Shown piece by piece: positions 53,455 to 64,000 of a stretch of 64,000 nucleotides of DNA. The stretch lies in contig OZ024751.1 in NCBI GenBank assembly GCA_964016885.1, positions 52,266,001 to 52,330,000 of the forward strand. Reading direction: 5' to 3'. Both the position numbers and the translations under genes were made by a program. A model generated the notes under the pieces. It was not told the origin of the DNA and did not search any database. It was given only the letters and a program-made list of their open reading frames with translations. This DNA comes from Eledone cirrhosa. Its lineage: Eukaryota. Positions within the stretch are counted from its first letter, which is position 1; every line of letters begins with the position of its first letter.

Positions 53455-53838
53455 TATAATGAAATGACAGGAGGCTGGATTTGTGTAAATCCTTGAAAGG
53501 TTTATTATACTATGATCATTTCAATGACCGGGTTCCGTATGAATCCGGTGATATCATCAGGTATTCGAAATATAATACGTGAATGTAATAGATAAAATCC
53601 ATGGGGCTGAAAATTGAGGACTCCAGGGCGACCGGCTGAGGTTGAAGGAACAGAATAGCGGTCGCCCTCGGGTCCTCGATTTTCAGCCCCATGGATTTTA
53701 TCTATTACATTCACGTATTATATTTCGAATACCTGATGATATCACCGGATTCATACGGAACCCGGTCATTGAAATGATCATAGTATAATAAACCTTTCAA
53801 GGATTTACACAAATCCAGCCTCCTGTCATTTCATTATA
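53455..53838. mobile_element. 384-bp near-perfect palindrome (fold-back element)
   Basis: 53455-53614 is the exact reverse complement of 53679-53838. Pairing continues imperfectly to a loop of about 24 nt, with TA at both ends. Confidence 0.92.
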
Positions 53839-54017
53839 ATATTTAACTCCGTAATAGCACCACCAACTACAAAAACAAAGACGGTTGAACTGTTTTACGT
53901 TGAGTACTCTCTATATTATTGCATTACGATTGACCATACGGAATAGACCAGCTCTATACAGTGGTGAACCTCAAACCTGAATATATACATATATATATAT
54001 ATACATATATATATACA

Positions 54018-54599
54018 TATATCTTACAATCCCCCAGAATCGAAAAAAATCGTATTCAAAATTGGCTTTCTATAATTCAGTCCTGTCTCACCGTTGTTCT
54101 AAAAATAATTCTGCTCCTCGCATCTATATATCTTACAATCCCCCAGAATCAAAAAATCATGTCCATAATTGTTTGTCTTTCTACAATTCTAAATAATATT
54201 TCTGCAACCATTTTGGCCGAAAAAAGAAATTATGCCAGGTTAAATTAGGGATTGCCCTCTCCCTCTCTTGGCCTGCTGAAATCGCCTCTCACCCCCTCAC
54301 TCTCTCTATCATATACGCTGCTCTCACACTCCCCCTCACTCCTTGCCAACCAAATATAAATAAGCCATGCTACAGGGAACTAAACCCAGAATTTGTCTCC
54401 TATTATTGATGGTCGCTTGTTCAGTTTTCTTCTACGAAATGTAACGTACATATCCATTTCTTCTCAACTCTCCACATTCGGTTCATTCATCTATATATCT
54501 TACAATCCCCCAGAATAAAAAAAAAATCGTATTCAAAATTGGCTTTCTATAATTCAGTCCTGTCTCACCGTTGTTCTAAAAATAATTCTGCTCCTCGCA
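54018..54599. repeat. ~105-bp direct repeats upstream of the RTE
   Basis: TATATCTTACAATCCCCCAGAAT...CTGCTCCTCGCA at about 54018 and 54495, with a partial third copy at about 54127. Confidence 0.85.
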
Positions 54600-54758
54600 A
54601 ACTACCCCATACCCCTCCCCCCGCCCCCACTCTCCACCTTATTATTTGGACCAATCACAAGTAAACGACCTATGCTAGCACTTCTGGTTGCTTTTTCGAT
54701 ATGATGGATGAACTAGGAAATTTCTGGAGAGTCAGAAGAATCTGGACACCCGAAGACA

Positions 54759-55357
54759 ATGCAAAAGATAACGACAAATTCACCTCATGCTGCCGGACGA
54801 AAGGGCAAAGCCCCACCCTCTTTGTTGCGGCCGCGGATGGCCAACATAACCCCAACCCCATCAACCACACCCCTCCCTGCACCCCACCCACCAAACGCAA
54901 TCCAAAACTTCAGAGTTGGTACCATGAATGTAGGGACCTTAAAAGGCCGCTCAAACGAGGTTGTAGAAATGCTTGAACGTAAGGAGGTTGATGTCTGCTG
55001 CATCCAAGAGACCAGGTGGAGGGGCGGGTCTGCTAGATTCATTGTGGGTAAAAAACGATGCTATAAGCTTTTCTGGGTGGGAAATGACAATTGTGGGTAA
55101 AAAACGATGCTATAAGCTTTTCTGGGTGGGAAATGACAATGGGCTGGGTGGGGTAGGAATCATGTTAGCAGAAAAATGGGTGGATAAGATAATAGATGTA
55201 AATAGAGTAAACGACAGAATAATTAAAATAAGACTTGTTCTAAATAGAACTACTGTGACGATAATATCTGCGTACGCGCCCCAATCCGGACTGCCTGGCG
55301 CTATAAAAGACAGATTCTATGAGACACTGATGCTCACTACCTCCCAAATAACCGACA
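54759..55357 (+). pseudogene. frameshifted N-terminal APE endonuclease segment of the RTE ORF
   Basis: A 49-bp tandem duplication (55042/55091) shifts the frame, and a second frameshift lies near 55360. Confidence 0.9.
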
Positions 55358-57991
55358 GTGACTATAATTATTGCTGGCGACCTAAATGGTCACGTTGGAC
55401 AACATTGTGACGGCTATGATGAAATCCATGGAGGCTATGGGTTTGGTACTAGAAATGAGGAAGGCTCCAGAATCCTGGAATTCTGTGACGCAAATAACCT
55501 AACAATCTGTAACACTAACTTCAAAAAACGAGACAATCACTTGATCACCTACAGATCAGGGGAACATACCAGCCAGGTAGATTATATCCTTACCAGAAGA
55601 CGTGACAGAGTGACTGTTGTAAACAATAAATCCCTCCCCCATGAAGAATGCAGCTCCCAACATAGACTGATAATTAGCGACCTCATAGTCAGGACGAGAC
55701 GTACTCGACAGCAGAAGAGGACTATCCTCAAGAGAAAAATATGGAAGCTAAAGGACCCCACAGCCAGAAATAAATTTCAAAGCATATTACTTGATGCTTT
55801 CGACAGTAAGGAAGAGCATTTAGAGTCGGACAATATAGAGGGACAGTGGGAATTCCTGAAAGCAAACCTGCTGATGGCGGCAGACGAAGTCTGTGGCCGG
55901 AGCAGGCCTATAGGCAGGAGGAGAGTAACATGGTGGTGGAACAGTAAGGTGGAGGAGTCGATTAAGGCCAAAAAGCAGGCTTGGAAAATATGGCGGGATG
56001 GGGGAAGTAGAGAAGACTGTCAAGTGGCCAGGAGGGAAGCTAGGAGACAAGTGTACTTTGCAAGAAGGGCAGCAGAGGAAAGAAAGTTCAAGCATGTTCT
56101 ACAACGCAAGGACCAAAAACGTGAGGTGTTCAGGATTGCTAGGCAATGTGTCAAGGAAAACCGTGATATTGTTGGGGAGAAGTGTGTACTAAATGATGAT
56201 GGTGTACTCGCCATCACTGACGCTGATAAGAAGGTCGCTTGGAAGTGTCACTACGAGAGGCTACTAAATGAGGAGAATAAATGGGAGAAGGATAGTCTCC
56301 CCCAGATCGATCCAATAGAGGGACCAGCAGTGTTAGTTGAAGGTAGTATAATAAGTAAGGCAATCAAAGGTATGAAGACGGGTAAGGCGGCTGGGCCTTC
56401 GGAAATAGTTGCTGAGATGCTGAAGGCCTCTGGAACGGTGGGACACACCATGGTCACCCGGATAGTAAACCAAGTCATACAGAATGGGGTTGTTCCGAAG
56501 GACTGGCGTAGCAGCATCATCATTAACTGTTGCAAGGGTAAAGGAGACGCCCTAGATAGGAGTAACTATAGAGGGATTAAATTAATCGACCAGGTCATGA
56601 AGGTCACGGAAAAAGTAATAGTGCAACTAATCAGAGAGAGAATCGATCTAGATGAAATGCAGTTCGGGTTTGTGTCAGGCAAAAGTACCACAGACGCTCT
56701 TTTCATTGTACGACAACTACAGGAGAAGTACCTAGCTAAAAGTAAACCCCTATACTTAGCCTTTGTCGACTTGGAGAAAGCCTTCGACAGAGTCCCCCGT
56801 TCCATTATCTGGTGGGCTCTTAGAAAACTAGGTGTTGACGAATGGCTTGTGAGAGCTATACAAGCCATGTATAAAAAAACAGTGAGCAAGGTTAGAATTA
56901 ACAACGAATATAGTGAAGAGTTTAGCGTAAAAGTTGGTGTCCATCAGGGCTCTGTTCTTAGCCCCCTACTATTCAGTATCGCTCTTCAGCCTATAACAGA
57001 GGAGTTCAAGACCGGCTGCCCATGGGAACTCCTATACGCAGATGACCTAACGCTCATAGCTGAATCAATGGCCGAGCTAGAGAAGAAATTCCAAACATGG
57101 AAGCACGGCCTAGAATCAAAAGGCCTTAAAATTAACCTGGCTAAGACTAAAGTTCTAGTTTGTAGGAAAGAAAATAAGGCGCCGGTCCCTTCCGGGAAAT
57201 GGCCATGCTCAGTGTGTAGGAAAGGCGTAGGTAGAAACTCCATTTTATGTCCCAAATGCAAAGTATGGGTGCATAAAAGATGTAGTGGGATCACAGGTAA
57301 GCTAACTAAGAACACAGATTTTACATGTGGCCGGTGCTCTGGTGCAATAAGTAGCAGCAAGTGCCCACAAAATACTAGCTCCTTCAACTGCGCAGAGGGT
57401 TCTATAGAAATAGTGGACAGCTTCCGTTACCTGGGTGACAAAATCAGCAGTGGGGGAGGGTGCTCCGAAAGTACAGTAGCTAGAGTCAGAACTGGATGGA
57501 AAAAGTTCAGACAGCTTATACCACTATTAGCCGCTAAAGGGTTCTCCCTAAAAGTGAAAGGCAGGTTGTATGATGCCTGCATACGAACAGCAATGTTGCA
57601 TGGCAGTGAGACCTGGGCATTGTGTGCAGAGGATATACGCAGACTAGAGAGGAACGAAGCTTGCATGCTCCGCTGGATGTGTAATAGTAATATACGCGAA
57701 CGGCAAAGCATAAACGAACTAAGGAAAAAATTAGAAATAAGAGGGATCAGATGTTGTTTACTCGAGAGAAGGCTACGTTGGTATGGTCACGTGATGCGCA
57801 TGAAAGACGACAGCTGTATAACAAAGTGCAGGGCAATAAAGATAGACGGTAGCCACGGAGTAGGCAGACCCAGAAAAACCTGGGACGAGCTGTTAAATTC
57901 CGACCTCACACACTTACACCTCTCCAAGACAATGTCACTGGACCGAGAGCTTTGGCGGTACTCAGTAATAGAGAAGACCCGCGTTAACTAA
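55358..57991 (+). CDS. RTE ORF2 remainder: APE C-terminal half, reverse transcriptase, PHD finger (877 aa open frame; true start lies upstream and is frameshifted)
   Basis: Uninterrupted ORF with [39 protein letters not shown] and RRLRWYGHV. Confidence 0.85.
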   Translation: MTIIIAGDLNGHVGQHCDGYDEIHGGYGFGTRNEEGSRILEFCDANNLTICNTNFKKRDNHLITYRSGEHTSQVDYILTRRRDRVTVVNNKSLPHEECSSQHRLIISDLIVRTRRTRQQKRTILKRKIWKLKDPTARNKFQSILLDAFDSKEEHLESDNIEGQWEFLKANLLMAADEVCGRSRPIGRRRVTWWWNSKVEESIKAKKQAWKIWRDGGSREDCQVARREARRQVYFARRAAEERKFKHVLQRKDQKREVFRIARQCVKENRDIVGEKCVLNDDGVLAITDADKKVAWKCHYERLLNEENKWEKDSLPQIDPIEGPAVLVEGSIISKAIKGMKTGKAAGPSEIVAEMLKASGTVGHTMVTRIVNQVIQNGVVPKDWRSSIIINCCKGKGDALDRSNYRGIKLIDQVMKVTEKVIVQLIRERIDLDEMQFGFVSGKSTTDALFIVRQLQEKYLAKSKPLYLAFVDLEKAFDRVPRSIIWWALRKLGVDEWLVRAIQAMYKKTVSKVRINNEYSEEFSVKVGVHQGSVLSPLLFSIALQPITEEFKTGCPWELLYADDLTLIAESMAELEKKFQTWKHGLESKGLKINLAKTKVLVCRKENKAPVPSGKWPCSVCRKGVGRNSILCPKCKVWVHKRCSGITGKLTKNTDFTCGRCSGAISSSKCPQNTSSFNCAEGSIEIVDSFRYLGDKISSGGGCSESTVARVRTGWKKFRQLIPLLAAKGFSLKVKGRLYDACIRTAMLHGSETWALCAEDIRRLERNEACMLRWMCNSNIRERQSINELRKKLEIRGIRCCLLERRLRWYGHVMRMKDDSCITKCRAIKIDGSHGVGRPRKTWDELLNSDLTHLHLSKTMSLDRELWRYSVIEKTRVN

Positions 57992-58490
57992 ATACAAAGT
58001 AAAACCTACTACAGTCAGTAGGCATCTCTAACAAAATACACCCCCGTCTCACCACCCCCACCCCATCCACACCGCCCCTTTCAATGTAAAGTTATGTTGG
58101 TGCCACAAAATCCAGGCCGAAACAAATGAGATCGTGTAGGTGTCATGACAAAAAAAAACACACAGTCCACGCTGTAATGTGACCGTGTAGGCAACACGGT
58201 AAAAACGTCCCAGTCCCACACTGTAAATGTGGTTGGTGTTAGGAAGGGCATCCAGCTGTAGAAAACCTGCCAGACAGTCCACGCTGTAATGTGGCCGTGC
58301 AGGCAACACGGTAAAAACCTCCCAGCCCCACACTGTAAATGTGGTTGGTGTTAGGAAGGGCATCCAACTGTAGAAAACCCGCCAGACAGTCCTATGTGAG
58401 CAAGACAACCACTCTTGCCTCAAGTGGGAAAACTCCCGTCCAAACCCATGCAAGCATGGAACACGGACGTTAAACGATGATGATGATGAT

Positions 58491-59858
<1,368 letters not shown>

Positions 59859-59926
59859 AAAAGACGTAAAATAAGAAAATTTTAGAAAAAAAAAAATTTT
59901 TTTAAATTAACTTACTTAAATTTTTA

Positions 59927-60006
59927 CTCCAACTAATTAGTTTCTGCAATGGGATAAAGACAGTTACGTAATGAACTGTTGAGAATTTCATTGCATCATC
60001 AGGGAG
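59927..60006 (-). ncRNA. type I hammerhead ribozyme with extended stem II
   Basis: CTCC-CTGATGA-TGCAATG-[37 nt]-CATTGCA-GAAA-CTAATTAG-TT^GGAG. Confidence 0.82.
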
Positions 60007-60553
60007 ATCATTCTCAGCCAAGTCTCCAGGCAATGCGCGGACACTGGGGACTCATATAAAAATAATAATAATTCGGTAAATGGAACAGCTATCGAGGACT
60101 GGATTCCAGGTACTGAAAATTCTCACTGCCACTGGTCATATGGCCGATTCTAAAGAATCAATCACGTGACACAGAGGCTAGTCAGTAGGAATGGGATGGT
60201 AAGATGACAGACGCCTACTAACACCCCCAAAAAATTTAGAAGTGGTTTCGGCAGGTTTGCTCGACAAATCAGTGATTTGGAGATAAATATAGATAATTTA
60301 ATATATCTACTAACATAAGCGCACAGATGTACGTTAATGCCAGCAAATACACAGGTTATGTCATAGTATCTAGGTGGTTCAATGCAGGAGGATGCAGAAC
60401 AATAATATAAAAGACGTAATATGACCAGTGGCAGTGAGAATTTTCAGTACCTGGAATCCAGTCCTCGATAGCTGTTCCATTTACCGAATTATTATTATTT
60501 TTATATGAGTCCCCAGTGTCCGCGCATTGCCTGGAGACTTGGCTGAGAATGAT

Positions 60554-60633
60554 CTCCCTGATGACGCAATGAAATTCTCAACAGTTCATTACGTAACTGT
60601 CTTTATCCCATTGCAGAAACTAATTAGTTGGAG
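60554..60633 (+). ncRNA. type I hammerhead ribozyme, second copy
   Basis: Same as 59927-60006, but the first stem II pair is C.A (CTGATGA-CGCAATG...CATTGCA-GAAA). Confidence 0.75.
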
Positions 60634-60826
60634 TGAAAATTTAAGTAAGTAAGTTAATTTAAAAAAAAAATTTTTTTTCTAAAATTTTCTTATTTTACGT
60701 CTTTTATATTATTGTTCTGCATCCTCCTGCATTGAACCACCTAGATACTATGACATAACCTGTGTATTTGCTGGCATTAGCGTACATCTGTGCGCTTATG
60801 TTAGTAGATATATTAAATTATCTATA

Positions 60827-60878
<52 letters not shown>

Positions 60879-62437
60879 TTTTATTATGGTTAAATAAATT
60901 AAAACTCTACTTGGGTATTGAGTATTCTTTTCTCTCAGCTAACTCTGCCAGGTTCAAAATGTCAAAGACATGCCATATGTCACTATAATACCCCCCTACG
61001 ATCCCATCAGGAGTTATAGGTCCATACCTACATACATGAAATTTAATTTCAAATAAGAAATCTTCTTCTTCACCAACTTATTTCTGAGGGGGTCATGGGG
61101 GCAGAGTCCTCAAACACTCCTTCCAGCAGGTCCTATCAGAAGCAACTGTCTCCAATTGATCCAGCTGGATCCTCAAGTTTGACCAGCCAAGTTCATGGAT
61201 ATTATCCAACAATCTTGCTCAGGGTCTACCTCTGGGTCTCCTGCTGGTTGGTTTTACCCATAAAAGAAATGATGATAATAATAATGTTGATGATAATGAT
61301 GTTGATGTTGGAAGGGAGCTAAATTTAATCTGCTATTTTGTTCCTAGCACTCACAGATATATGTCAAAGGAGCACCATTTTATTAGTCACATTGTGTTAG
61401 GACACACCCTGCTGCATTATCAGATTAATTAGAATGTGAAGAGCATTCGTTAATTTTATGTGTTTTTAATAGCTTGTATCTGTAGGGAAGGGAGAGACTG
61501 TAAGTTTGTGTGGGTGTGTAGGGGGTCAGTCTCTCTGTCTATATGTAGATTTGTGTCTGGGTGTGTGTGTATTTAGTTCTAAATGTTTATATGTAGATGT
61601 CTATGTATGTTTCAGTCTGTAGGTGTGTGTATATATGTTCCAGTCTATCTGTCTATATGTAGATATGTGTGTGTGTGTGTTTCAGTCTGTTTATATGTAG
61701 ATGTGTGTGTTTCAGTCTGTTTATATGTAGATGTGTGTGTGTAAACTGTAGCCCCCTTTCTTACTCCTGCCTCATGCAGCTGGCAACAGGCCCAGGCCAG
61801 ATGTGATATGTAGCCCCTTCCTCCATCCCATCTGGTAATAGGCCTACACCAGATGTGAATGTGTTCCTCACTTCAAACCAGTAACAGACTCAGAACAACT
61901 GTGATATAAAGACCCGATTTCAATCCGCTCCCTAAGTAATTTAATCAGTATTAAATATGTATGGCTTATGTATGGGTTACCAGCATATATATATATATAT
62001 ATATAAATAAAATTAGTCCTTCATCAGTGATCTTCCAACTTTCATTGGTATTTCTTCGCTTTAAAGATCATATACCTCTGGTTGGTGCGAACAATAACTT
62101 AAGAAAGTTATTGAGACACGTAAAATAGGGTGAAGCGAGCGAGACATGTAAACAAACAAAGATGGTAATTCAACGGAAAGAGAGGAAGAGAAGAGACAAG
62201 TCCGTGATATCTATGAACTTAAGTTCTGTGAAATCATAGACGAGAGATAAAGACCATCCGACCTGGGTGAGATGTGAGCGAGAAAAGGATTTCACGCAGG
62301 TCAAACGGGAGGAAGTGAGAGAGGGGGAGTAGCAGAGAGTGAGTGAGTGAAAGTGTGAGGAAGAGGCCAGCTGAGAGAGAGACTGGCAGAGGGGGTAAAA
62401 AGAGGGTGAGAGATACAGAGAAAGGGGAAGGAGTAAG

Positions 62438-62479
<42 letters not shown>

Positions 62480-62994
62480 GATTTCTACAGGACTAGAGAA
62501 GACCAGAACTGTTTCATTTGTATGAAAACACCAGTCCTAATAATCTCATATAAATAAAACAGTTTTAGTCTTGTAGAAGTTATTTCTCTATAAAATAAAT
62601 ATGTATCTTCTCTAACATATATATATATGCATTCAAAATAGGGGGCACACAGGACACAAACAATGGAAAAAACAACAGAAAGACAGACAGTCCTGTCTCC
62701 TCAGTCAATATCTAGAAATCACTATGGTTTCGGTATTTTAAGGTTGATGCCATTCATTCATGCCACATTGGAACATAACAAAACAGGCAGAGGCAAGTTA
62801 TGCCTTTAGGCAAATTACAGAAATATAGTGCAAGGGCTTAACCAAAGGAGAAAAAAAATATCGAAAGGAGAGAAATAGTAAAACAGAAGAGAATAATAAG
62901 GACTGTAGTCCAATATGCTGACAAAAAGGAAGGACACTTAGCTGTAGAAAAAGTTAAAAGAATAGAGGAAAATGGCCCTGGACTGTGTGTGTGT

Positions 62995-63057
<63 letters not shown>

Positions 63058-63144
63058 GTTATGTGTGTATAAACACACACACACCTGATAATACTAGTGT
63101 AATAATACTATATTCTCATCATTAGACGCGCACATACACACATG

Positions 63145-63770
63145 CTGGTAATGATTGCAGTGGTGGTGGTGGCAGTGGTGGTGGTGGTGTTGGTGGTATC
63201 AGTAGTGGTTGTAGTGGTGGTGGTGGCAGTGGTGGTGGTGGTGTTGGTGGTATCAGTAGTGGTTGTAGTGGTGGTGGTGGCAGTGGTGGTGGCAGTGGTG
63301 GTGGCAGTGGTGGTGATGGTGTTGGTGGTATCAGTAGTGGTTGTAGTGGTGGTGGTGGCAGTGGTTGGTGACTATAAACATATGGTGTTATTTATGTAGT
63401 CTGATTAATTACCCTTTACTTCCACATGAGTTATTTCACACTGGTTTAGTAAAACATGGGAACACTTATACATATTTAGCATGGAAATCATAGATTATAG
63501 CTGTGGTGGAGAGGGTGGTGGGAGTAGTTATTGTTGTGGTGGTGGTGGTCGTTGCAGTGGTTTTAGTGTGGTTTTTACACATTGATTCTAGTTGTGATGG
63601 TGGTTGTTGTGGTTGTGGTGCTTGTTGTGGTTGTGATAGTGGTTGTTGTGGTTGTGATGAGGTGTTTTTGGTGGTGGCTGTGGTGCTGGTGGTGGTGTGG
63701 TGGTTGAAGCAGTAGTGGGGTGGGGGGGGGGTAACGGTGGTGGTGGCAGTGGTAGTTATGGTTGTGTTAT
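63145..63770. repeat. (GGT/GTT)n low-complexity tracts
   Basis: Trinucleotide runs, which explain the poly-Val ORFs. Confidence 0.9.
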
Positions 63771-64000
63771 TCTCCTCCTAGCCACTCAACAGGTATTTTG
63801 AGATGAGGTTAACGGTAAAACTGAATGGTGAAGATGTTTGTTTCACCTGTGTTCAACCCCACTATGTGCCCTCTAGATACTGTGTACTACTGAAGCGGGG
63901 TAGGTATCTTTCCTTGATAGAACTGGGGCCTATTTCTTTAAACTTCCTATGAGATACAACTTCAAAGGAGGCCAGCTAAACCTCTATAAGTGTGAGCTGT

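Larger units (their letters stand above)
54600..58490 (+). mobile_element. RTE-clade LINE, near full-length, PHD-containing lineage
   Basis: APE (GTMNVGTL, IQET, SAYAPQ, GDLNGHVG, VDY, SQHR) plus RT (YADD), PHD and C-terminus, 3'UTR and (GAT)n tail. The 5' boundary is uncertain and may extend to about 54020. Confidence 0.96.

Noticed and set aside
55777-57711. Several antisense ORFs overlapping the RTE ORF
   Set aside because: Shadow frames of the LINE coding sequence without independent motifs.
62700-62770. Further hammerhead on the minus strand (GGCAT...ATACC-GAAAC)
   Set aside because: The CUGANGA core is not intact, so it is too degenerate to call.

Overview
Eukaryotic, AT-rich, repeat-dominated animal DNA. 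The SINE/LINE repertoire and the density of (TA)n/(CA)n/(ATG)n microsatellites point to a cephalopod (Octopus-like) genome, which is an inference. No host protein-coding gene could be supported, and most long ORFs in the track are microsatellite read-throughs. The window holds five RTE-clade LINE copies: a near full-length + copy at about 54.6-58.5 kb with an 877-aa intact RT ORF, a near full-length - copy of a different family at 12.2-15.8 kb, and three 5'-truncated copies. It also holds several tRNA-derived SINE families, a non-autonomous Helitron, piggyBac-type MITEs, fold-back palindromes, Penelope-like pLTR remnants and an 11-kb satellite of 55-bp units. Main observations: (i) a C4HC3 PHD finger inserted inside the RT domain of one RTE lineage; (ii) the 55-bp satellite is built from the RTE 3'UTR motif, ends in an RTE-type 3' terminus and has a ~3.9-kb higher-order duplication; (iii) at least four hammerhead ribozyme folds, including a long-stem-II pair in an inverted pLTR structure; (iv) a SINE whose tail is a chimera of two different LINE 3' ends; (v) repeated insertion of unrelated elements into (TA)n.
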